From positions 32,001 through 96,000 of the IMG/VR virus record IMGVR_UViG_3300028840_002420: a DNA stretch of 64,000 nucleotides; one strand, written 5' to 3'. The translations under genes were made by a program, and so were the position numbers. This document shows, one piece after another, positions 45,422-54,429 of the stretch. This DNA comes from a virus. How positions within the stretch are numbered: the stretch's first letter is position 1; every line of letters begins with the position of its first letter. The notes under the pieces were generated by a model. The model saw only the letters and a program-made list of their open reading frames with translations. It was not told the origin of the DNA and ran no database searches.

Positions 45422-45705
45422 TTGCCGCGAATTGCCATATCGTCGGCTCTGACCAGGTATTCGCTGTGCTCTGTCGGGCTGACGCGATGTGGGGCGATCC
45501 GTGGTCCAAGGGGCTCGCGGATTATCTCAATGCGGTAGCTGAGCGCGAGTGGCGCGAAAGAGAACGGGAGCTCGACCTTGCGCGGCAGCTCGAGCTGTAC
45601 CCAGAGACTGAAGAGCAGGAGCCGGACGTGGTGCCGGCCGAGTTGGTGCTGGAGTGGGACGCGTACGGAGGTACTGATGGAGATTCCGCAAGACAAGCTC
45701 GTTGA
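45418..45705 (+). CDS. Hypothetical protein
   Basis: GTGA coupling. Confidence 0.5.
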   Translation: MIAANCHIVGSDQVFAVLCRADAMWGDPWSKGLADYLNAVAEREWRERERELDLARQLELYPETEEQEPDVVPAELVLEWDAYGGTDGDSARQAR

Positions 45706-46033
45706 TCTGATGCAGCGGTTTCCAGCGGCGCGGGAGTGGCTGTATCGGCCGGTGTTGCAGGAGGCGCTCCAAGTGGCCTACAAGCTGGGCTGGTTGGCTG
45801 GGCAGCAGAACGAGCGCGATCAGGGGCCGGCGAAGTCGTTCGAAGAGCTGGAGCAGCGGCGTGCGCGGCGCACGCTGGGAGGCTATTCCGTGCACTGCTG
45901 CGATGGCTGTGGAGAGGAGATCGCACAGAGCGAGGCGGCTGTGGCTTCGAACCATGGTGTTTTTCATGAGCGCTGCTACAAGGCAGATCCGAAGCGCGGA
46001 CTGCCCCAGCCGAAAGGGGGACAAGGGCGATGA
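45677..46033 (+). CDS. Hypothetical protein with C-terminal Zn finger (CDGC...HERC)
   Basis: SD GGAGG. Confidence 0.65.
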   Translation: MEIPQDKLVDLMQRFPAAREWLYRPVLQEALQVAYKLGWLAGQQNERDQGPAKSFEELEQRRARRTLGGYSVHCCDGCGEEIAQSEAAVASNHGVFHERCYKADPKRGLPQPKGGQGR

Positions 46034-46506
46034 ATCAGACAGGGCGCAGCATGATCGCGATAGCGGTCACCAGGGTGCTGCGGAAGTACGAAGATAGCGG
46101 ACACATCCGGGCCGGGTGCGGACGGCGCGGTGATCGGCCAAATTGGGCCGCGGGCTGGGTGCCGGGGATGGACGATACCGGGGGGCTCGGACCGATTCCG
46201 CAAGGGACCATTGACGCCATCGCGGAAGAGGTGGCGCGGAACATCGAGACACAGCTGGACGCGGCTCAGGGCAAGACACCCGAAGCGCCTCCAGAGAAGC
46301 CAAAGAAGCGCGAACGGCCGGATTGGCTGATCGTGGTTGGTGGTGACAAGCAAGGGGAAGATGATGCAGACGACGTTCGATCAGGTGAAGGTATTTTCGG
46401 CGACGAAGGCGAAGGATCGGGGACAGCTGGGCGAGACAGTGACGGAGTGGCTGCGGAAGCAGCCGCGAACGGAGATAGTGGACAAGCAGATCCTCCAGAG
46501 CAGTGA
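46030..46506 (+). CDS. Hypothetical protein; C-terminus overlaps the next gene
   Basis: ATGA coupling. Confidence 0.5.
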   Translation: MNQTGRSMIAIAVTRVLRKYEDSGHIRAGCGRRGDRPNWAAGWVPGMDDTGGLGPIPQGTIDAIAEEVARNIETQLDAAQGKTPEAPPEKPKKRERPDWLIVVGGDKQGEDDADDVRSGEGIFGDEGEGSGTAGRDSDGVAAEAAANGDSGQADPPEQ

Positions 46507-46762
46507 TGCCGAGTTTCATTGCCTGACGATCGTCCTGTTTCTGCGGGAGCCGCGGCAGCTGCCTGTGCTGCACTGTCTCAGGAATGGCCGGGCGATGTGC
46601 AAAAAGTTCCGCCAACCGCCCGGCAAGTGGCCGAAGGGTCATCAGTGGCTGTCGATTGCGGACTGGCCCGATGATGCCAGGCCTGGGATCCCGTTTCACG
46701 GTCCGCGCGGGTCGGCGATGATCTGTCCGCGATGCTATGAGGAGTTGAATCGTGCCGATTGA
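46361..46762 (+). CDS. Small conserved protein (VKVFSATKA...QSSDAEFHCLTI) with a Cys-containing extension
   Basis: N-terminal ~60 aa resemble a family recalled from myxobacterial genomes. Confidence 0.65.
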   Translation: MMQTTFDQVKVFSATKAKDRGQLGETVTEWLRKQPRTEIVDKQILQSSDAEFHCLTIVLFLREPRQLPVLHCLRNGRAMCKKFRQPPGKWPKGHQWLSIADWPDDARPGIPFHGPRGSAMICPRCYEELNRAD

Positions 46763-47201
46763 CGCGAAAGAGCATGCAGCTGAGCTGCTGGAAGAATGCC
46801 GCCATCCGTTGGGCTCGAGCAGTATCTTGGCGGCGAGTCCGGACTACACGGCCGCCGTGTTTCGTGCAGCGCTCGAGTTAGCCTACGAGCTGGGTGAGGA
46901 AGGCGCCAAGCTGCCCGAGCCACGGAAGTTCCGAGAGGGTGTTAGTCGGCTGATCGCTGCGCACCAAGGGACAGTGACGGGGCCGGTGACGTTGCGAGAT
47001 GGGCCGGTGGAGATCCCGGTGACGGAGGAGATGCTGGGCTTTCGAGGGGCGTCACAGGCTGTTTGCACCCAGTGCGGACGCAAGACGTGGGATGCGGTGC
47101 TGATCGGCCTGACGTGCGGAATGTCGCAGCCTGATGGTACGAAATGCGAGGGGCGCTTCTACACGGAGGAGATGGCGCGCGTGAGCGGGAGAAGGCCGTA
47201 G
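46752..47201 (+). CDS. Hypothetical protein with Zn ribbon
   Basis: SD GAGGAG. Confidence 0.65.
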   Translation: MPIDAKEHAAELLEECRHPLGSSSILAASPDYTAAVFRAALELAYELGEEGAKLPEPRKFREGVSRLIAAHQGTVTGPVTLRDGPVEIPVTEEMLGFRGASQAVCTQCGRKTWDAVLIGLTCGMSQPDGTKCEGRFYTEEMARVSGRRP

Positions 47202-47210
47202 GGGGATCAC

Positions 47211-47729
47211 GTGTATTACGACATCATTGGATACGCGCCCAGTCGTGGGAGCATGGGGGTGCACGGGTTCTCGATTCAACTCTATCCCGGCTGGAGGGGT
47301 TTGGTTGAGCGGTCGCAGATGGACCAGGAGCGTGCTGACCACCTGATCAAAAACAGCGGGCGCTGGTGGCTTGACTCGTGCGGCTACGATCGCATCTTCG
47401 ACCCCGACAACTGCGGCATCGACTATGACCCGAAGAAACCACCGGGCCCTGAAGCCGGACCAGCCTACAAGCCTCTGATCGACCTACGCGTGAAGTGGGG
47501 GGGATGGGGTCCGGAGCACATCATGGTGCCGGGCGATGCGTGCGGTCTCGACCTCGACCACCATTCGCCATCGCACGTCGAGGGCGGCGCCGTGCTGCTG
47601 CCCCACAACGTTGACACCTGGAAGCAAAAGAACCTGCTGATGATCGTGTTTTTGCATATCGCCTACTCGTTGTCGTTCTATAACGAAGCGGACCGTGCGG
47701 AAAGAGAGGCGAAGCGCAATGCGGACTGA
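47211..47729 (+). CDS. Hypothetical protein
   Basis: GTG start; composition differs from neighbours. Confidence 0.65.
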   Translation: MYYDIIGYAPSRGSMGVHGFSIQLYPGWRGLVERSQMDQERADHLIKNSGRWWLDSCGYDRIFDPDNCGIDYDPKKPPGPEAGPAYKPLIDLRVKWGGWGPEHIMVPGDACGLDLDHHSPSHVEGGAVLLPHNVDTWKQKNLLMIVFLHIAYSLSFYNEADRAEREAKRNAD

Positions 47730-48444
47730 CCAGATGGTGTGGGTGCTTGAGCTGGCGGAGCGTCATTTGGAAACGATGTTTCGCGATCTGGAAGAGCTGG
47801 ATGAGCAGATCGCGGAAACCGACCCGTGGGATTGCCCCGGAGAGGCGGAGTCTCGGCATCAGAATCTGTTTGATGCGAAGACCCGGATCTACGAGGCGCT
47901 GCGGGATATCACGGGCACCCACGGGGACATTCCGCAGCAGCTGCTGGAGGCGATTCGGGATTTGCGGAAAGCCTTTCAGGAGTCGCTTAAGCGTAGCTGC
48001 GAAGTCGATGAGCATGGGTTTACGAACAGTCTCGGGTTCACGGTGTCCTTCCAGCACCCCATGTTGACGAATGCGCCGTCCGCGGAAGAAATCGAGCGGG
48101 CGATCCATTCGGGCTGGACCAAGGGTAGCGGTCTGGCCATCCGGGAGTTTCTGGCGCGGCCGGAAGTGCTCGAGCAGCTCGAAGCGGTTGGCGCTGTGGA
48201 ATCAGTACCGAGCGGGTCCAACAACCAGGTGGGGGAGACGTGCAGCTGTCATTTGATGGATTGCGGAAAGCGCTGCGCTGTGTGCCTGGAAGCGGAAGCT
48301 CGAGTGCTGGGCATTCCCACGGAAGAGCCGAAGCCGGAGCCGCCGAAGCGGTGCTACTACATGCCGGGCATCTCCTTTGGGCAGAACACAGGCTACTGCC
48401 GCAAGTGCGGAAAGAAGAGAGAGGATCCGATCCATGACCGTTGA
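47719..48444 (+). CDS. Hypothetical protein with C-terminal Cys clusters
   Basis: Coupled ORF. Confidence 0.65.
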   Translation: MRTDQMVWVLELAERHLETMFRDLEELDEQIAETDPWDCPGEAESRHQNLFDAKTRIYEALRDITGTHGDIPQQLLEAIRDLRKAFQESLKRSCEVDEHGFTNSLGFTVSFQHPMLTNAPSAEEIERAIHSGWTKGSGLAIREFLARPEVLEQLEAVGAVESVPSGSNNQVGETCSCHLMDCGKRCAVCLEAEARVLGIPTEEPKPEPPKRCYYMPGISFGQNTGYCRKCGKKREDPIHDR

Positions 48445-49021
48445 GCGGATGGCAGGCCAAGCGCCGTGGACCGTGAGCGTGGCTGTGATGCCGGGCGAAG
48501 AGAACTGTCCCGAGCTGGACAGGCTCGACCAGGGGCTGCGGAAGGACCGTGGTTGGCGGGAGGGCGACGAGTTCATCGCGGTGTGGAAATCGCATATCAG
48601 GTGGCCTATGGAGCGCTGGTGGCCTCCCAGGCAGTCCGATATCGATGATCTGCGCGAAGCTCTCGAAGCTGGGATGCAGACTCCGCCGATGCCTCGGACG
48701 TTTGCGGAATGGCAGGACTGGTTGGTGCGGATGCTGTCCATGCCGGCCGGTGAGGCCGTCAATCGGGAGTTCGCGCGGCCGGAATACGGCGAGTCGTTGG
48801 CGGTCAAAGCGCTCCGTTCGATGCCGATCAAAGTCGATCCTACGCTGCCGCCCGGTACTGTGGAGTTGCGCGGGCAGGGGAGAGCTGTGCTATTCAATAT
48901 CGGCGTGGACCGATCGGACCGGCCTGATGTCGGGGTGAAGACCAAGGTGACCTTGACGAAGGACCTGAAGGTCAAGCTCGGACCGATCATCGATCCGGAG
49001 ACCGGCGAAGAAATCTGGTAG
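48434..49021 (+). CDS. Hypothetical protein
   Basis: SD GAGG. Confidence 0.65.
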   Translation: MTVERMAGQAPWTVSVAVMPGEENCPELDRLDQGLRKDRGWREGDEFIAVWKSHIRWPMERWWPPRQSDIDDLREALEAGMQTPPMPRTFAEWQDWLVRMLSMPAGEAVNREFARPEYGESLAVKALRSMPIKVDPTLPPGTVELRGQGRAVLFNIGVDRSDRPDVGVKTKVTLTKDLKVKLGPIIDPETGEEIW

Positions 49022-49027
49022 AGGGCT

Positions 49028-49057
49028 GCTACACTTTGGCCGCTCAGCGCATAGTAG
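49028..49057 (+). promoter_or_regulatory. Phage-specific promoter motif, copy 4
   Basis: GCTACA-16-CATAGTAG. Confidence 0.7.
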
Positions 49058-49060
49058 TAG

Positions 49061-49220
49061 ATGGAACGGGCTGGCGTTACGCCGTCCGAGTTGTTGTTTC
49101 TCGCAGCCTCCCGAACCATTGGAGGCCACAAGGCCCTGAAGCACTACACACAGGGCCACGGAGCTTCACGCCCTTGGGGTAGTCAAGTCGAGGTGGCTGC
49201 CCCAGGGGGACTGTGAAAGG
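49061..49220 (+). ncRNA. Candidate structured RNA / 5' leader with four hairpins
   Basis: Stems at 49067-88, 49106-26, 49132-57 and 49171-208 (15 bp with 3 G-U), directly after the promoter motif. Confidence 0.55.
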
Positions 49221-49227
49221 GGTTAAG

Positions 49228-49566
49228 ATGGCGAGTCGATTGCAGCGATTGGGCCGATTCCGCATAACGAACATGGAGCTGTGTGCGTCTGCGGATTTGG
49301 ATAGTGCCTATTGTCGGTCGTTGATGGGCCTGATGGGACAGATGATCATCATTCGCGCGACAGACAATCCGTTTCGGGCGTCGATCGACTACTGGGCGAT
49401 CAGCGGTTTGTTTGATGAGATCGAAGAGGGCGCGGTTGTGCCGTGGTACGAGATCGAATTCCAGACGGTCGATCATGGCGAGGACTACGCCGAGCAGGGT
49501 CACGCGCATCAATTCGAGGCAGTGGCCAAGGCGGTCAAGCGGAAAGCTCCGGGCGAGGTGTGGTGA
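49228..49566 (+). CDS. Hypothetical protein
   Basis: AIS..FDEIEEG..VPWY motif. Confidence 0.7.
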   Translation: MASRLQRLGRFRITNMELCASADLDSAYCRSLMGLMGQMIIIRATDNPFRASIDYWAISGLFDEIEEGAVVPWYEIEFQTVDHGEDYAEQGHAHQFEAVAKAVKRKAPGEVW

Positions 49567-49859
49567 TGGCGACGAAGCTGGATGAGCCGAAGATGGCGCT
49601 ATTCGACATCGCCCAGAAGATCGGCAAGCCGGTCCGTGTAACGTGGAAAGGTGCGGACGACGCTGTGAGGGAGGAAGTCGTGGTGCCGTTTACGATCGTC
49701 CGGGAGAGGCCTGCAGCCGATCCGGGTCCGGGAACCTATCGACCGGGGCAGAAGCGGCGGAAGCTGTTTTCGTTGGTGCTGGGCTGCGTGAAGAAAGGCG
49801 GAGGCGCTGTCAATATCGGCTGCGCGCGCATCGTTAGCATGGTCGAAGTCGATGGTTGA
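49566..49859 (+). CDS. Hypothetical protein (WYL-like beta fold possible)
   Basis: KPVRVTWKGA......VVVPF; TGATG coupling. Confidence 0.55.
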   Translation: MATKLDEPKMALFDIAQKIGKPVRVTWKGADDAVREEVVVPFTIVRERPAADPGPGTYRPGQKRRKLFSLVLGCVKKGGGAVNIGCARIVSMVEVDG

Positions 49860-50304
49860 CGAGCAGCTGTGGTGTCCGGAATGTCGGACGTGGACCGGCC
49901 GAGACGAGCAGGGCTGTACGCGCTGCAGCACGAAGCGCGATGTGGAGGTGGCGCGGTCTGCAGCTCGAGCGCGTCGTGAGGGCGAGCAGTCGTTGAAGCG
50001 GGCCGCTCAGATCATCTTCGAGTCCGCAATGGCCGAAATGAGGCGACACATTCAGGCGATCGAAGGCGTGCTGCGTCAGTTGGTCGAGCGCGGCTACGAC
50101 GTTTCGAGCATGAGCGTTAATTCCTACGGGCCGCTTGGGCATCGAGAGGAAGTCTGGTGTCAGAACACGTGCGTGTGTGCGGTGAAGCGGACGTGGGAGG
50201 GCCTGGAGATCACAGTCAAGTACGTGGTCTATCCAAACGGGCGGCCGGAAGGCTGGCCCGAGCTGAAGCTGGAGGTGCCGAGTGAAGTTAGCGGAAGTGA
50301 TTGA
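49852..50304 (+). CDS. Zn-ribbon hypothetical protein
   Basis: CPEC...CTRC. Confidence 0.65.
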   Translation: MVDEQLWCPECRTWTGRDEQGCTRCSTKRDVEVARSAARARREGEQSLKRAAQIIFESAMAEMRRHIQAIEGVLRQLVERGYDVSSMSVNSYGPLGHREEVWCQNTCVCAVKRTWEGLEITVKYVVYPNGRPEGWPELKLEVPSEVSGSD

Positions 50305-50728
50305 GGCGCTCGAGCAGTTTGGATTTGGCGAAGGCTATGTCAGGCAGGCGCTCGCCGCTGGTGATTCCGCATTCAACGCGTTTGAAGGCCTCAAGATGCT
50401 GCTGCAGTATCGTTGGCGTGAGATGTGTCAAGAGCTGTCCGCAGAGCGTCAAAAGGAGCTGCGGCCGATTTACGACAAGCTGCAGGGCCTCGTGATGAAG
50501 TCGCGGATGACGCCGGCTGACAAAGAGCGCCAGGAGCGGGCCAGTTCGGCCAGAATCGCCGATCGGCTGCAGGACCATTTGGAGGTCAGCCGCCGTCGAA
50601 ATATGCGTGAGTTCACGCGGATGGTGCGTGATGGGCTTCGGAAAGACAAGCGGGAAGGCAAGCTGGACGCGGCCGGCGAGGCTCGTGCTCGAGCGTTGGG
50701 CTTTTTCGATGCAGATGAGGAGATCTGA
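50282..50728 (+). CDS. Hypothetical helical protein
   Basis: SD GGAGG, GTG start. Confidence 0.65.
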   Translation: MKLAEVIEALEQFGFGEGYVRQALAAGDSAFNAFEGLKMLLQYRWREMCQELSAERQKELRPIYDKLQGLVMKSRMTPADKERQERASSARIADRLQDHLEVSRRRNMREFTRMVRDGLRKDKREGKLDAAGEARARALGFFDADEEI

Positions 50729-50729
50729 G

Positions 50730-51074
50730 GTGAGGAAAGTTCGAATCAATCGTTCACAGCAGATCTTAGACTGCCTGAATTTGAGTGATGATCCGTGGTG
50801 GTCCGCTGGCGATATCGCGTCCGAGTGTGGCGAGCGGAGAGCCGTGATTGCGGCAACGCTCACGTTGCTTTATCGTAAGCGGCTCGTGGCCAAGAAACGG
50901 ACATTCGGGACGGTGGTCGGGAGCTTCGGTCAGACGCACACAGGCAAGCTGACGGTTTGGAGACTGAGCGATGGATATCGAAGAGCTAGATCGGAAGGTC
51001 AAGGAGATCATGCCGCGGAGCGAAGTCACCGAAGTGGAGGGCTTTGCGGAGCTGCTGTCTCCGAAAGCTCGTAA
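50730..51074 (+). CDS. Winged-helix protein
   Basis: ILDCL.....WWSAGDIASEC....IAATLTLLYRKRLV...VWRL. Confidence 0.55.
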   Translation: MRKVRINRSQQILDCLNLSDDPWWSAGDIASECGERRAVIAATLTLLYRKRLVAKKRTFGTVVGSFGQTHTGKLTVWRLSDGYRRARSEGQGDHAAERSHRSGGLCGAAVSESS

Positions 51075-51498
51075 GGTCTATGAGACGCGGCAGACCACGG
51101 TCAAAATCGAGCTGAATAAGCCTATCGAAGGTGGGGGCTACGAGCGCTACCTTTGCGAGCTGGTCCCGTTCGCCAAGATCTTCGAGCTGTCGGACGGCGA
51201 GGAAAACGCTCCGCAGTGGGCTCTTCAGAAGCTTGCGGACGTGTTTTCCAGGCTGGTCGATGAGGGCTGGCTTGATCACGGGGTGCTGGGTCCGCTGGTA
51301 CAGATCCGTCTGGCTGATCTGCCGGCTGTTCCGCAGTTCATTCGCCGGGTGATGTTGTGCCTCTATCCCTACCCAACGCTGAAGGTGATGCTTGACGAGC
51401 GCGATCCGTGGACGGTGCTCAATGCGGCGGTGGGCGTGGATGCGTTCGCCCCAGAGGGCCGCGCAGCCAATCCTGACGGTTGGAGGGATATGAGGTGA
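50971..51498 (+). CDS. Hypothetical protein
   Basis: SD GGAG. Confidence 0.65.
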   Translation: MDIEELDRKVKEIMPRSEVTEVEGFAELLSPKARKVYETRQTTVKIELNKPIEGGGYERYLCELVPFAKIFELSDGEENAPQWALQKLADVFSRLVDEGWLDHGVLGPLVQIRLADLPAVPQFIRRVMLCLYPYPTLKVMLDERDPWTVLNAAVGVDAFAPEGRAANPDGWRDMR

Positions 51499-51818
51499 TT
51501 TTGCATCTACACGGTGGGCGGAATTATCAAGCGATTCATCCCGTGTCAGCGCGTCAGTTGTTGGATTTAGCGCTGGGGCAGCCGCCGAAGTTGAGCTGGA
51601 GTGAGCGGTGGGGGCGTTTAAAGTGCCGGCTGTTCGGGCACGATTTGGTGTTGGACCGGTGGGTGCGGGCTGATAACCCGATGTGGTTCAAGGATCTGGA
51701 CTACGAAATCCATCTAGGGTGCAGGCGTTGTCGATTCCTGCTGACGTTGCCTCCAGAGTTTGATGACTTGCACGGTCAGGGACGGCTGCGGGATCCGATC
51801 GGAGCTTATCGAGAATGA
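51495..51818 (+). CDS. Hypothetical protein with LKCRLFGH motif (DUF1660-like)
   Basis: CRLFGH...CRRC. Confidence 0.55.
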   Translation: MILHLHGGRNYQAIHPVSARQLLDLALGQPPKLSWSERWGRLKCRLFGHDLVLDRWVRADNPMWFKDLDYEIHLGCRRCRFLLTLPPEFDDLHGQGRLRDPIGAYRE

Positions 51819-51992
51819 CTCCGCGGAGGCGGAAGAGCAGAAGGCTGCGCCGGGCGCGGCAGCGGGAGATCCGGGCGTGGCGCGGAATCACACGGCAGTC
51901 GAGCACGATCCGGTTGGCGAATTTCCGACCGAGCTCGGGCGGGTATTCTGCGGACCTGGTAACCATCGATTGCGTTATTCACGGAGAGACTG

Positions 51993-52565
51993 ATGCGGCC
52001 GATTGATTGGTTTGCCCCTGTGGGGCTCTGTGTGGCCGGTGCTGGCCTTTGCATTTGGGGGGCGATCGTTAGCTCCGGAGCTGGCCGCGGCGTGTGCCTG
52101 GCGACAGCTGGCGGTCTGGTGGCCATTCTCATCGCGTTTGTCTGGATGAGACTATCGGCTCGGAAGCCTGATTTCACGATCGCCGTGTACGAGGTGCACG
52201 TGGTCCGCGGGAAGCGGAATCGGCCGACTCCGCAAGACGTGGACCGGTGGGTGAAGCGGGTCGTGGCTCATTGGGCCGGACAGAAGATCTGGCCTGATCT
52301 GGCCAACGGCGTGACGGGCGAGCAGATCACTCGAGTGATCCGCGGGACGACGTTGTTCTATCTCGATAAAGAGAAGCTGACGGTGTGGGGTCGAGCTGTC
52401 CGCGGCTTCACCCAGGGCAAGGATTGCGCGATTGGCTACACGGTCGGAGCGGTCGAGTCGTTGACGATGCACGAGCTGAGCCATGTGGTGCTGGGAGGTT
52501 GCGGAATCGCGTGGTCTGAGCAGGCGCACCATGATCTGTTCGAGCGGACGAAGCTGGGGGCCTGA
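51993..52565 (+). CDS. Membrane-anchored HExxH metallopeptidase-like protein
   Basis: Two N-terminal TM helices; HELSH plus distal HH. Confidence 0.7.
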   Translation: MRPIDWFAPVGLCVAGAGLCIWGAIVSSGAGRGVCLATAGGLVAILIAFVWMRLSARKPDFTIAVYEVHVVRGKRNRPTPQDVDRWVKRVVAHWAGQKIWPDLANGVTGEQITRVIRGTTLFYLDKEKLTVWGRAVRGFTQGKDCAIGYTVGAVESLTMHELSHVVLGGCGIAWSEQAHHDLFERTKLGA

Positions 52566-52566
52566 G

Positions 52567-52764
52567 ATGTCGAAGCCTCATTGTTTCGATGTGGTCGAGC
52601 AGAAGTTGTTGTGCGGGCGAACGTTATCGGCCGGGCTCGAGCTGTTGCGGTTCGCGTCGTTTTTGTATTTCATGCGCGAGCACCCAACGCGGTGCTGTCC
52701 GCTGTGCGTGAAGGCGTGGCGTGAGCAAAGAATCGGCGAAAGGCTGCTTTCATTGAGGGGATAA
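52567..52764 (+). CDS. Small Cys/His protein
   Basis: H...LCGR...CCPLC. Confidence 0.5.
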   Translation: MSKPHCFDVVEQKLLCGRTLSAGLELLRFASFLYFMREHPTRCCPLCVKAWREQRIGERLLSLRG

Positions 52765-52776
52765 AGGACGATTGAC

Positions 52777-52974
52777 GTGGAAGAATATCAACAGCGCGTA
52801 GTTGCGGAGAAGGCCGAGCTGGACGGCAGATTGAAGCGGTTGACTGCGTTTTTGGCGAGCAAGGCGATCGAGTCCGTTGCTCTGGTTGAGCGGAATCGGC
52901 TCATCGAGCAGCAGGGGTACATGGCCCAATATTCGGACGTGCTCGGTAGGCGTATCGCCTGGTTTCAGGAGTAG
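52777..52974 (+). CDS. Small coiled-coil phage protein (crAss001_48-like)
   Basis: YQQRVVAEKAELDGRL.RL..F...Q..YM..YSDVL.RRI. Confidence 0.75.
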   Translation: MEEYQQRVVAEKAELDGRLKRLTAFLASKAIESVALVERNRLIEQQGYMAQYSDVLGRRIAWFQE

Positions 52975-53361
52975 CCCAATGTGTATGTGCGGCGGAGTCA
53001 TTGAGGTCGGGATCCTCGGAGCGATCGGCTTGGCGCTGGTAGCTGCCTGGCGTTGGATGGCGCGGAAGCTCCGTAGGTGATCCAAGTCTTACCGATAGTC
53101 CGTTGGGTTGTCGTCGAGCGGCTGTTCGCTTGGCGGATCGAGGTGCCGCTGTTCACGCTAGCCCCAACGGCTGACGAATTACCGAACGAAAGAGCGCCTC
53201 CGCATGCGGGCGTCCCGCAGGCTACCGGGGCCTGGTCGGGGACACCAGCCTGACTGATAACGCAACAATTGAGCATGCGTGAGTGGTAACGGCGCGGCGG
53301 GCGTCGGAGTGGCGAGACCCTCAAACTAGGGCGTAGCCGCAACCCGCCTCGATTTTTGCCT

Positions 53362-53391
53362 GCTACACTTCGGCGGCTCAGCGCATAGTAG
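53362..53391 (+). promoter_or_regulatory. Phage-specific promoter motif, copy 5
   Basis: GCTACA-16-CATAGTAG. Confidence 0.7.
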
Positions 53392-53396
53392 GGGTG

Positions 53397-53936
53397 ATGG
53401 GGCAAAGAAGACTGGAGCCGAGAATGATTCCTGTGATCCTTGAGAGTCCGTTTGGCAGTCCCGATCCCAACGTGGTGCAGGCGAACATCGAGTACGCTCG
53501 CCGCTGTGTGAGGGATTGTCTGCTGCGCGGAGAGGCGCCGTACGCTTCGCATCTGCTCTACACGCAGCGGTTGGTACTCGACGACCAGGTTCAAGAGGAG
53601 CGGGATCTAGGAATCCGTGCCGGGTTTGCGTGGCGGCATTTGGCGCGGATGACGGTGGTCTACGTCGACCGTGGGATCACTTCGGGAATGGCCGCGGGGA
53701 TCCGTAACGCGTGCTCGCACAATGTGCCTGTCGTCTATCGAGAGCTGCGGGCGACAGCAGGGGGGCAGTACTTCGGAGTCGATGTTTCGCATCGGCGGTA
53801 TATGTATCAGGTGAGCGGGGAGTGGAAGTACGTGCAGGAGGGGACCTACGGCGATTGTTTGGAATCGCGGGCAGTCGTGAAATGCCATCAGGACACGGTT
53901 GAGTTCGTTGATAGCGAGGATTCTGATGAAGTCTGA
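53397..53936 (+). CDS. Nucleoside deoxyribosyltransferase-fold phage protein
   Basis: VILESPF...NIEYARRC..DCLLRGEAPYASHLLYTQ..LDD...ER.LGI.AG...VYVDRGITSGM. Confidence 0.75.
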   Translation: MGQRRLEPRMIPVILESPFGSPDPNVVQANIEYARRCVRDCLLRGEAPYASHLLYTQRLVLDDQVQEERDLGIRAGFAWRHLARMTVVYVDRGITSGMAAGIRNACSHNVPVVYRELRATAGGQYFGVDVSHRRYMYQVSGEWKYVQEGTYGDCLESRAVVKCHQDTVEFVDSEDSDEV

Positions 53937-54429
53937 TGAAGTCGAAGCAGAGAGCGTGTTCCGCACCTTCGTTTGTCAGGTGGTGGGCCGGACGCTCGAA
54001 GCAGTACGGCCGTGTCCGGGGCATCCTGAGCTTTACGAGATCGAGGCTGATGAGTTCCGCAAGCTCGTTGACGGGCTGGTGGAGTCGTTCAAGGCTGGGC
54101 TTACTCAGAGCTTGATCTCTGCCGCAGAGGTCGGAGCTGCGGAAGCAACCAAGCGGCTTGGTACGGGGTCATTGGGTGGGGTGATGCCGCTGCCGACGGG
54201 CTTCGTCGAAGACTCGGAGGCCGCTTGGATAGCGGTGCCGGTCGAGCAGTTCCGCACGCTGCTGTGGCTGTGGTGTAAGGAGTTTGCGGGCAGTATCTAC
54301 ATCCACACCTGTAAGGGGCCGAAGGCTTTTTCGGAGATGACCGAAGAGCAGCAGAGGGCCTTCGTAGACGACTGGTACAAGCGGCGTGTGCTGCCCGTGC
54401 GGATGAAGGAGCCGGAATCCGATGACTGA
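53926..54429 (+). CDS. Hypothetical protein
   Basis: SD GAGG. Confidence 0.6.
   Translation: MKSDEVEAESVFRTFVCQVVGRTLEAVRPCPGHPELYEIEADEFRKLVDGLVESFKAGLTQSLISAAEVGAAEATKRLGTGSLGGVMPLPTGFVEDSEAAWIAVPVEQFRTLLWLWCKEFAGSIYIHTCKGPKAFSEMTEEQQRAFVDDWYKRRVLPVRMKEPESDD

Noticed and set aside
53170-53220. Hammerhead ribozyme-like CTGACGA...GAAA
   Set aside because: Stem II is not properly paired, no NUH cleavage triplet or stem I closes the core, and the stretch lies in a plausible 58-codon ORF.
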